DNA of 64,000 nucleotides from Selaginella moellendorffii (taxonomy: Eukaryota; Plantae; Lycopodiophyta): positions 2,293,072 through 2,357,071 of the forward strand of contig NW_003314276.1 in NCBI RefSeq assembly GCF_000143415.4, in the 5' to 3' direction. The translations under genes were made by a program, and so were the position numbers. The notes under the pieces were generated by a model. It was not told the DNA's origin. It ran no database searches and saw only the letters and a list, made by a program, of their open reading frames with translations. Positions 49,126-59,630 of the stretch are shown piece by piece. The stretch's first letter is position 1. The number at the start of each line of letters is the position of its first letter.

Positions 49126-51310
49126 ATGTTACAGGTTTCAAGAACCCTAATGGGGCGAGCACTTCACTCGCAGAAAATGAAGAGAAAGATGCCAGCTCAT
49201 CCACCCCAGTGCCTCAGATACATCATATACCATATTCCTAGGCTTCCCAGCAACGACACAACCACCTGGCTCAAGGACCATGGATTCGAGCTCCTCCACA
49301 AGGCCTTTTCAACACACCCAGACCAAAAACTGGCAAGGAAATTGGCTGCCTCCTTCAACCCCAAGAACAGCACCATAACCGATGGCACCAACGAGATCAC
49401 CCTCAGCCCAGCAAGAATCGCCTTTGTTTTCAAAATCTCCAACAAGGGACTGCTCAAATTTTCAGGAGAAGTTCCACAGCAAATCATCAAGGCCAATCGA
49501 GAAATTACCAGTGAGCTCACATGGGAGGACATCCAGGAGCAGCATATGGATTGCCTCAAAGCCCTCCTCCTCTACTACGAACTTTGCCCAACAGACCGCA
49601 CCATCGGCAAGCGCACAGCAGAAGTCTACGGAGCTCTACTCGATGGCAAACGTGTGAACGTGGCTCATCATCTCCACAAGCTCCTTCTCAAGCTTCTCGA
49701 CTGTGCCATCCTCGCCACACTCAACCAGAAGACCATGCGGACAGTAATCTTCCCAATGCTGATTGCTCTACACCAAGCCCTTCCCAACAAGCAACCGTGG
49801 ACAACCCAAACAAACTCCACAGAACAAAGTGACAGCTCTGAAGAACACTTAGAATCAGAAGGAGCAACTCCCAGCAAAAAACTGAAGCCAGCATCTCAAC
49901 AATAAGGCTCAACTCACTCCAACAACACCAGCTCCAGCAACAAACACTCCAACAATTCAACTCCACTTCGCTGCCACCTCACACACAAAACACCAACGAA
50001 TCCAGCTCCAAAACCGCTGATCCAAGAGCACCTTGTCATCAGCGACAATGAAGACAACTCACACCACCATCCACACTCACCCCAGAGCCCACATCCACTC
50101 GAATCAGCCCCAAAACCGACAACTTCTCCTACATCGCCAAAGGAAAACGTCAGCTGCTCGCCCAGAACTCAGTTTCTCCACCAGCTGAGAACAACATTCT
50201 CACCGCCCCAACCTCCTTGACACGTTCCACAAAAGAAAACATTGACTACCTTCGCCAATCACTTGAAGAACACACAACCATGCCTCCTCCAGCAAATACC
50301 ACGACCAGCATTAACAAAAATTCCGCCCTTTCAACAAAATTCCAAGCGAAAAATTTCCCAACGGATAAATTAATTTCAGTGCCACATCTGGGCCGTTCAT
50401 CCACCATCAAACTGAAAAGCTCATGTCCAACCACCTCAAAGAATCCGGACCGACCACATCACCCACATCCAACAAAGCAGATTCAACCTCCAGCAACTTC
50501 AACTCCCGGGACCAAGAACACAGCGAACCCTAGCGGGAACCACCAGGATCACGGAGCAGGAGCAGGAGCAGCAGCCATGCCTCAGCCACAGAGTCAGGTA
50601 TGCCGTGATTACAATGAAATCAGGAAGGAGTACGAAGATAAACTCTGTGACCCAAGCTACTGCACCCGCAAGTTGTTTGAAGCCCTTGATCAACGCATGC
50701 ACCGCGAGCAAGCAAACCACCTCCCAACACCAGCCGATATCGCATAGCATCTTCTCAAGCAAGACTCCTTCATATACACCCGAAGAGCTATCAAGAAGGA
50801 GTTCTATGAGCCTTTAAACCACTGGCTGGATACTTAGCTCGAAGAGATGAAGCAGGTACGCACTGGGGACATTAGGAAGATTGTCTCCAAGAAGCCATCA
50901 ACCCCATCAGCAGCTCATGAATTCACCTACAAATTCAAATACGAATAGCTCAACACCTGCTACCGGAAGCTCGAGGATGATCATACCGCCCTCCTGGCTG
51001 AGGTAGCCGACCTCCAGGAAGATGGGACAGAGCCACCAGACGGTGTCCCCAACCACGAGCTTACACTCCCACAGCAAAAACGTCGCCTCTATCGACTGGA
51101 GCAGCAGCAACAACAAGCGATGGAGACAAACTATGTTCGCACTGAGGACGGTGTTTAGTTCTGTCAGGGGAGCAGAGTGTATCAACAAAAAACCTAAACT
51201 CAGGGGATTTTGACCTTGAACCCAAGGCTGCATTGGAGCCATAGATTAACTGCTAGCATATACTATATGCTGTGCATAATTTAGAACCGCTAACTTTTCA
51301 AAGGGGGGAA
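49126..51310 (+). mobile_element. Degenerate TE-associated ORF region (unassigned; retroelement accessory-ORF-like)
   Basis: A 259-aa ORF plus broken low-complexity and coiled-coil ORFs, with strong A/C strand skew and a PPT-like aaaggggggaa at ~51300. Confidence 0.4.
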
Positions 51311-51469
51311 TCCAAATTGTGGATCCCTATCTCCATTCTATCATTTTTCTTATCAATACTCAGCATTTTCTTACTCATGCTTCTTCTCAGCCCTTGGAGA
51401 TCGGGCCCTTTTTTCTTTTGTTTTCTTACTAATAGTAGATTTCCAGCGAAAAGGAGTTTTCACACCTCT

Positions 51470-52298
51470 TCAAGTGCTTGCTTGCTATGCCTGTGCTGGG
51501 GATACGAGGAGATCATAGGATTCCAGATATCCTCCTTCACATGACGATATATTTGCGAAGAACACATCAACGCAAGCGAAGCACTCTTGAGCTTCTGACC
51601 AAAGGTCCACACTTGGAGTACATGGTGCCAAGCAAGCACTCAACACGTGGTGCTGTCGATCGCCTGGATGGATCTGGGGAGCACCGAGATCTCGATGCTC
51701 GTTCCGAGCATATGCTGCGATCATGATGCTCCACGAGAAGAGATTCCTCTCCGGGGTCATGTCGAAGATGGATCTGGCCTCATCGAGGCGGAGGAGAGGG
51801 GCATAACCGGATGGAATTGCGCAGCTCTCCTGGCTGGAAATTCGCTCAATTGATCTCTCCAGATCTAGTTGATGGAATATAGCTTCATTTGCAATTTATT
51901 TTGGCTTTTGTTTCACACTAGATGATGTTTTCTTTGTTATTGACTTGGCTCGGGCTGAACAATCTTTGCATGAGAAGAGGATAGCTTACATGCTACCTGG
52001 AGTTTCACAGCTTGTAAATGGAAGAAGCGTGAAGGGCAGCATATACACCTGGAAAAGAGAAAGAAACATAGAGAGTTAGATCAATGGAGAATGTCATCAA
52101 GCGCACTTTGAGCCACACATTGAGCTCTACATTGACATTTAGCTGCTTTTCCAAGCCCCAAGTTAAATGGTTTATCATCGAAGCTGCAAAATCCCACACA
52201 TAAAGACAAACTTTCCTTCAGTACATAGGAGATAGTAGCTACGCACACAAACCTGAGAAATACTGGTTTTGCTTCTCAACAAGCTCCGAGCCCTCAAG
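51470..52298 (-). pseudogene. Inverted duplicate of ~30965-31860 (DUF1997 3' exons plus PPR fragment)
   Basis: ASMINHLTWGLEKQLNVNVELNV and PERNLFSWSIMIAAYARN on the minus strand. Confidence 0.85.
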
Positions 52299-52399
52299 AC
52301 GATAAAAAAAACCTGGCTCTGGCTTCCTTGGTGCTGCATGAACCTACATACATTTATTTGTTACCAAGAAAATGAGAAAATAAATCTAAAATCTTAGAA

Positions 52400-52730
52400 C
52401 ATACTCACCAAAGGTGAATCTCCCACCATTTGTAGAACGAGACTCCAATGTAGCAGGATGTCTTTTTAGTGTATTTCTGCACAAGATCATAAAGGCAGTA
52501 AACCTTTAGAATGAGTGTGATGGTCTTTTGGCTCCTGGGATCTAGTTTCTGCCAAGTTGCATTTGAAATGTGAGCATACACTGTACAGATGAAGACCCTC
52601 AAGTGCCCCAACCGAGGGTGCTTCCCAGGCAGGTCAGTTTTTATTAGAGTACAATTGAGTTGCTCTGCCAGACCGTTCTACTGGGGAGTATAGGATGTTG
52701 TAATGATGCAATTGACTTGAATTACCTCAA
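52400..52730 (-). mobile_element. Ty1/copia integrase/SH3 fragment
   Basis: TSYTPQ*NGLAE and HLRVFICTVYAHI...KLDPRSQK. Confidence 0.75.
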
Positions 52731-53031
52731 ACAATGGCTGGCCTTGTCCAGAGATGAATCTCTCTTGTAGTAATGCCTTCTGTTGCGATCATAGAGGGCA
52801 TCTTGGCTGGAAGCAATATGCACGTGGAATCCTTCCCGAGCACACAATCTACGCCACTTCCCCTTTTTTAACCTTTCATAGCACTTTCAAAACAAAGTTT
52901 TTATGATTTAAGCCTTACTTCGTGTCACCTGAGGAGCCTCTCTCACCCCATTTCTTCTCCCAATAAGTTTGCGATTTTATTTAAATCAGATTTAAAATCA
53001 TAGGACAATTCATTTTGTGCCTCCAATTTTG

Positions 53032-53205
53032 TTAGTTCTTGATGCAGTGGCCCTTGCTCCATTTCCAGCCAAACTGGCATTGGTGGCACTTCTTGTTGTA
53101 CCAGTACCAGTTGCCTGGGCAACTCACGCATTTGCTTCCACTCCACTTCCATCCGGAGAGGCATTGGTGGCAATCGCTGCTATACCAGTACCAGCCTTTG
53201 GGACA
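53032..53205 (-). pseudogene. Cys/Trp repeat peptide paralogue C (4 divergent units, no signal peptide)
   Basis: CPKGWYWYSSDCHQ CLSGWKWSGSKCVS CPGNWYWYNKKCHQ CQFGWKWSKGHCIKN*. Open frame, but the N-terminus is unrelated sequence. Confidence 0.75.
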
Positions 53206-53718
53206 CTGGATGGAGGATTTGAGGCTGAGTCTAACACTGCTATGTACACGATTTTTACTGCTTCTCGGGCACGATATGTCGTGTTTGTGCTTCATTGACG
53301 GTCAATAAACAAGTGTACGACTTTATCCAAATGAACAACCTCGAGTTTCGATGTGAAATTATCAAAAATATCCATAAAAATGTCTATCTATCTAATTGCG
53401 ACCAATCACTATTTTATATGAATATAAATTGAGTTGCTAACTGGCTCATATGCATTCAAAAATATGGTAATGTTTTTAAAAGTGAACGCACTTATTGAGT
53501 GACACGTATGTGGTGGAGAAAAGGCCTCAAGCTTCTAAACATTCCGAAAAAATTTATGAAATATTAGAAAATGAAACTCAAGCAGCAAGGCAGGATGAAA
53601 TCTCTTCTGATTTTGTTGTGAGGAAATTGGACTTAGAATGGGACGACACAGTTTATTTACCAAAAGGTTATTACAATTGGCTATTATACAAGTTTCAGCA
53701 TGGATCTTGATGGACAAT

Positions 53719-54021
53719 TCAGCCCTTATAGAACCTTCCAGTCCAGCGCCAGCCCCTTTTCGCATCTGTGGCAACCGATGCCATACCAGTACCAACAGAG
53801 CAGCGGTGGCAAGAACATGGTATTCCAGAACCAGTACTCCGGGCATCGGTGGCAGGAATTGTTGTACCCCAGTGCCACCCCGACTTGCATNNNNNNNNNN
53901 NNNNNNNNNNNNNNNNNNNNNNNNNNNNNNNNNNNNNNNNNNNNNNNNNNNNNNNNNNNNNNNNNNNNNNNNNNNNNNNNNNNNNNNNNNACCGCCTCAC
54001 GCTCTTCTTGTTGCTCGCCAG
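53719..54021 (-). pseudogene. Cys/Trp repeat peptide paralogue D (frameshifted, ATG>CTG, spans N gap)
   Basis: CKSGWHW, YNNSCHRCP, WYWYG and GWRWTGRF occur in shifting frames. ctggcgagcaacaag corresponds to atggcgagcaacaag of copy A. Confidence 0.75.
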
Positions 54022-54569
54022 TTTCTTAAAACTCTCCTCTTGCCTCTGTCTCGACTTGCAAACGATAAGAAACTTTGAGAAACTCGAAGCTTGAAGTGTT
54101 GGATGGGAGGATTTACAGTTCTAGGCGGTGACCACGTCTTACAGTGACCACGTTTAGTTCAGGGCTACTCATTGACAATATCTACGTTAAAAAGTAAAAT
54201 GTGAAGCTGTGATACAATGCGGCCTTGGCTTGGACTGGGTACTGATTGATCCAGATTTGGTCCTCGCGTTTGAGACAACACAATCCTGTGGGGAAGGATG
54301 GAAACCAAGTGAACTAGAAAATTCACGTAAACGTTTCTTGAAGTTTACCTCAAACAATGTCTAAAAGATGCCATAGACACTTCTCTGGTAGCTTCTCTTG
54401 TACTGAAGCCTTCCTTTGTGTTCGGAGTATCTTGGTTGTAAGTAAAAATCAGTCGTAGAATGCAGCTAATTATTCACGCAGGATAAGTTAAATAAATGTT
54501 AAAAAGAAAGAAAGCAGGGCAGTCTGAGGCCAGGAGTTCGAGCCTCACATCTTTCATATACTTTCATAA

Positions 54570-54700
54570 CGAAGCACCACGTCGCGCCCCGAGGGAATGC
54601 ACTCGTCAAAGATGGCCACAGAGAGATCCGTTATCCCGGCGCGCGTATAGGCTCCCATCATAACTGTCCAGGAGATCGTGTTCGGCTGGGGCATAGCGCG
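54570..54700 (-). pseudogene. Single PPR-motif fragment
   Basis: AMPQPNTISWTVMMGAYTRAG...AIFDEC. Confidence 0.65.
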
Positions 54701-55272
54701 GAGCGAAGTAAGACAGCTATGCACACGGTTTTTACTGCGTCTCCGGCACGACAAGTCGTATTTGTGCTTGCTTGACGGGGTCAATCCAAATGAAACAGTC
54801 TCTATTTAAGTCCCGTGAAATCATCAAAAGATAATGGATCTTTGTTTTACCTGAGTTGCTAATGCATTAAAAAATAGGATAACATTTTTACGAACCGTAA
54901 TTTCTTGTTGGGTATTTAAAGTCCACTCAGAAGCAAGAACTAAGAAAAAGTAAACTAAACTAAACTGGCTAAACTAAGAAGCATGGGACTTTAATTCACA
55001 TTTCTCTCTCATCTCTTGTCTACTCAGAGTATGAAACTCAGCAGCGGAAGACTTTGGTATTTCGATAATCTTGCTACTCGAGTTGCTAGAAACTAAAAGT
55101 GAAACTGGCAGCAAGTCTCTCATCAAGCGGATTCTGGATGAGGAAACCGAGCCTTAGAATGGGAAAGAAAAACACACACATTTTATTCACCAAAAGGTTA
55201 TCACAAGAAACAACACAACCACAACATTTATTGTCGTTGACATATTACATGAGCTAATCTTGATAGGCAGCT

Positions 55273-55668
55273 TCAGTTCTTCTTGCAGAAACTTCCGGTC
55301 CAGCGCCAGCCCATCTGGCAGTGGTGGCAAGAGTTGCCATACCAGTACCAGTTGATCGGGCAACGGTGGCAAGAGTTGCCATACCAGTACCAGTTGATCG
55401 GGCAGCGGTGGCAAGAACCCGAGTACCAGTACCAGTTAATCGGGCAGCGGTGGCAAGAACCCGAGTACCAGTACCAGTTGTGCGGGCATTGGTGGCAAGA
55501 ATTGTTGTACCAGTACCAGCTTGGCAGGCAAGAGACGCACTTCTTCCCATCCCAGTGCCACCCCGGCTTGCATCGTCCCTGGGCGCTCGCACTTGCAATT
55601 CCTCCAATGTCAACTCCCACCAGGAGCACCACCACAAGCATCGCCAGCAGCATCTTGTTGCTCGCCAT
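55273..55668 (-). CDS. Intact secreted Cys/Trp/Tyr-rich tandem-repeat peptide (131 aa; 7 C-x10-C units), paralogue A
   Basis: ATG at 55668, hydrophobic signal peptide ending ASA, 42-bp tandem units and TGA at 55273. TATAAA on the minus strand at 55793-55798. Three local paralogues. Confidence 0.88.
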   Translation of the reverse strand: MASNKMLLAMLVVVLLVGVDIGGIASASAQGRCKPGWHWDGKKCVSCLPSWYWYNNSCHQCPHNWYWYSGSCHRCPINWYWYSGSCHRCPINWYWYGNSCHRCPINWYWYGNSCHHCQMGWRWTGSFCKKN

Positions 55669-56379
55669 CTTTTTTAAGAACGCCTCTTGCTTTGATGTGA
55701 TCCCAGACTTGTGAACGAGATCGGAGAAAGCTAGAGAAACTTGGAGGAGCTTGAGTGTGAGCTTTGATGTGCTTGAGTATGGGGTGGGAGGATTTATAGC
55801 GCAGGAGAGCGTGTTATAGTTCCGGATGACTCGCTGACTTTTTCGAAGTTGAAAAGTAAAATGTGAAGCCGTGCAGATACGGATGTAGACCTTCGACCGT
55901 GTCAGGCGCAAAGTCAGACGTTTTGGGTATTTGTGCTTTCATTGTAGTAAAAAACATTAATGTTTTACAACGTCTGGAGTAAAATGGGTTTGCCAAAACA
56001 TAATTCTTGCAAATGCTACGCTTGAGAATCTTTTAGATTCATGACTAATGGGGAATGTTATTGAATGAATTTCTTCCGCTTTTAATAAGCTCAGCTCCCA
56101 GACTGCATTTTACCTGGATTTGCCTGTGCACATAGACAAGGAACTCCATATAAGACAAGCCTTGTCTTCGATCATGAAGGAGTGGAACATCATCTCTATA
56201 ACAAAACTGAATGAGCAAGAGTGCCTTGAAAAAGAAAAAATGAGAGTGTTTGATCACCTAAAGGACCTCCTTGTTTCAGCAAATGCAACCTAGAATAGCA
56301 ACCATCTGCATTAGAAAGACTGATTTGACACGAGGTCTCCCACAGTCATTTTTTAGGAATTTTAGCCCATGAAAATAAA

Positions 56380-58499
56380 ATTAGAGATGAAATTAATTAA
56401 TATATCATGGTTGGATTACCAAATCCTCGTGACGAGCTTGAACTCTTTGAAATAGTTACATTGCTTATTATCATGTTGTTGAGTTGCTAAATGGATTTCA
56501 ATAGTGGCACAGTCATAGCCTTTTGTAAACATATTGAAATAGATATTTAATACTTTTTATAGTTGCACATATTTTAATATTTATATGAGCCTTATATTTT
56601 TTATAGAGGTACTTGTTATAAAGTACAACCCAATGGTTATCCATATGACAACCATTTTTAAAAATTGTATGTCCATTGTTTGGTCTATAATAATCTAGAT
56701 ATCCATTAACAAAAAATGTTGTTTCATTATTAAAATTTTTTAGAAAACCTTTTGAGCAAGAACCATTTTCCATGCAAGGACTATTAAGATAAAAAAGTCC
56801 ATATGGTCCATACATTATATCTTAAATTAAGATGAAATTTCAAGTTTTTTAAATACCTGTTATGTTTTTGCTCCAAAAGTTATATAGAAACTTTTTCAAT
56901 TTAAAATGCATGGCCATTCAACACTTATAATTCTTCTTCCTATTCATCTAGAAAATTTCCAAAATGTTTATTTCATTGAAGGTAATGAGTTAATTGAACT
57001 TCAAAGAGTTAAAATGGTACCATATTTACAAAATGGTTTGAATTAAATAAACATGATCCAAATGCAAGACAATATACATATCCTAAAATTCCTCTACATT
57101 ATACATTTAATAAACACACTTATCATTGACATCAATGAAATATTATCTCGCAAATGTATTCTTTTCCTTATTTAATACTGAACTTTATTATTTATGCTTT
57201 ATACTGCTTTATAGAAGAGGGGCTACTTCCTTTAATGATCTAAAATAGTTTATAATACTTATTTTGAAATATATTGCTATGAGATTTTTTGCAGATGATA
57301 TAGAATGAGAAAAATGTTTAGAAAATGCTTCCTCTTTCAAAATGCCACCACAATTAAGATAACTATTTATTTTTTATATGTCTTTTTTAGTCCAAAAAAT
57401 CCTTATTTTTTATGGGAAAAATTCAAAAACTCTTTCTCTTAAAGTTTTGTACTAACAGATCCATTATCTTGTTATGAACATGCTTTACATTATATAAATA
57501 ACAAATTCAATCTATATGGAAAATCTAATCAAGATTATAAATTGCCTTCATCTTATATAAGTTTTGATATAAATAATCATATTAATTTAACACAATTCAT
57601 TCATTCTGTAAAAAGCAATTTACTTTAATTTAATAATGAGAAAAAGATTATATATTATGATATCCTTAGCACGATTAACAACCCAACTGAACAAAATTGA
57701 TATATTTTCATTGATGGTCTTAGTGGTACTAATAAAACTTTTCTCCTTAACACTCTTATACATATGTTTCAACTTCTAAACAAAAATGTAATTAGTATGG
57801 CTTGGATAGGTATTGCAAGCATTTTACTACATAATGGTTTATGCTAAAAAATTAAGAATTCACATGTGTTAATATAAGATGAAATTAGCATGGTTTACAT
57901 ACATGCATTTTCTGCCATTAATTTAAATTTACAAGATATAAAAAAAATCAATTACCTTTTGGAGGAATTGTTATTATTACAAGTGGTGACTTTAGACAAA
58001 CACTACCAGTTATTCCACATGGTCACTGAGCACAAATTATTTCAAATTCAATAAAAATGAATAGGTTATAGAAATTTTTTAGAACACTTCCACTAAAAAA
58101 GAATATGAGACTACTTAAAAACAACTCTTTATGGGCTGATTGGCTTCTTCAAATTGGAAATGGTAATAGTTATGTGAATTTACTAAATTTACCTTTAGAA
58201 TCTATTATATTGCCTTACATATAAGTAATAATATCCTTTGTTGTTGATTTTGTTTTCCCATCTCTATAAAATATTTCAAACCCCAACATTGCATCTGATA
58301 GAGTCATACTTATCCCACTTTATAATGATGATACTTTTCCTATTAATAATGCTATAGTCTCTTCCTTACTTGGTGACATACATATTTATGAAAGTGTTGA
58401 CTTTTTTGATACTAAACACCTAGAAGATATTCCAATTGAATTCTTGAATTCCAGTACTCTTTTTAGTCTTCCACCACATAAACTCTTGCTTAAAGAAGG
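56380..58499. mobile_element. Degenerate Helitron Rep/Pif1-helicase relic
   Basis: Minus strand: SPCMENGSCSK...DNHWVV...AHINIKIC...KYLFQYVYK (Rep). Plus strand: FIDGLSGTNKTF, GDFRQTLPV, LKKNMR, WLLQIGNG and LPPHKLLLKEG (helicase). Confidence 0.88.
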
Positions 58500-59630
58500 T
58501 GTTAGAATAGACTAAGTACCTAAAGCACTAAGTTGCATAAAGTGCTTAGATCTTGGAAAGAAAAGTGATTAGATTCTACTTTATCAAGATAAACATAAAC
58601 CTAGTTCACTACTCTCTCCACCCATCTCTACATCACCTAAAACTTGTTGCTACTGCGAATAAACATCATCTGGTGATGACTTGTAATTGTAATCTACATG
58701 GTCTTAAGACCCCATATTAGAATTGCTAGTTGTTACTGCCATCGGAGAGAAAGATCCTGAATGAAGCAATTGATTAACTTTGGGTTAATCACAACTGTTG
58801 GCCCAAAGGCCTGCTTAATTTTTGCCATGTCATTGGGCACATGCAAAACTCACAATAGCTTTTTCGGAGTCTGGCGCTATTTTGGCATACCGGTGGCCTA
58901 ACGTGAGGACATGGGTACTCCACCAGCTAGCATGGAATGGAACTTGGGCTTAGACCCAAGCCAGACGCAGAACAAGGACAGGCACGCAAGTGGGAGCTAG
59001 ACTATGCCTCAGGTTGGTCGGCCATGCCCGACCTACCCACTATCCCTACTACACATTTGGAACCCCCCCGCCCGTTGAGGAACACACGCTTTGGGCTTTC
59101 ACCCCAAGCCTCCCTTAGTATCAAGAGTTAATCTCTGCGACAAGCTCGAAACTTACTAAATATGGAATGTCCCTAGATTGCAAATTTGGACACGAGACGA
59201 ACACCATTATGTTCAAGACAATCTCTACATTCCGTAAATATGCCAAATGAGAAAATCTAGACACTTTCCATAAATAGTATTTGGGACGAATTGAGACTAA
59301 CACAAAGGGCATGATAGCGAGGGTGTTTGGCAGACACGGTAAACTATCATCTAGCGAATATTGAGGGACCAAGCTCAATATTGCAGGGGTTCCCAACATT
59401 AGCAAGTGCAAGTCAACAACATGAGTTTCTCATCACCGTGTCAAGTCTGCTTGACAAATGACAACTTAGGATTTCCTTCCTTAGTGCCCTTCCGGTCTAA
59501 GTGCACATGTGATGACCAGTTTCTCAACTAGCTCAGGCAGAGATTGATAACGAGTCCAGCAATACCGACCTCCTGCCGTTGTGGCAGTAAGGAAAGATAA
59601 CTTTCGATACCCAAAGTCACATTCACGACA
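58500..59630 (-). repeat. 3' LTR of a second LTR element related to the chromovirus
   Basis: The minus strand starts TGTCGTGAATGTGACTTTGGG after PPT agagggggagag (59631-59642) and is homologous to the 10868 LTR down to ~58865. The probable end at 58500 coincides with truncation of the Helitron frame. Confidence 0.8.

Noticed and set aside
53891-53990. ORFs spanning N runs (also 62072-62216)
   Set aside because: These are assembly gaps, so frame continuity is unknowable.
55290-55540. CRISPR-like array
   Set aside because: These are contiguous coding tandem repeats with no unique spacers, in a eukaryotic context with no cas genes.
16079-55668. Biosynthetic gene cluster linking GDSL, ATL or DUF1997 to the repeat peptides
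   Set aside because: No peptide-modifying enzyme is present, and the neighbours are distant housekeeping-type genes with no evidence of linkage.
55283-55714. Plus-strand repeat ORFs (QRWQELPYQYQLIG; VARVAIPVPVDRA) and their equivalents at 48098-48559 and 53017-53308
   Set aside because: These are shadow frames of the 42-bp repeat. Only the Cys/Trp frame has a signal peptide, a TATA box and a conserved start and stop across paralogues.
55669-55911. 81-aa N-terminal extension of the 212-aa ORF call
   Set aside because: It starts at a non-ATG codon and spans the TATA box. The paralogue B start corresponds to 55668.
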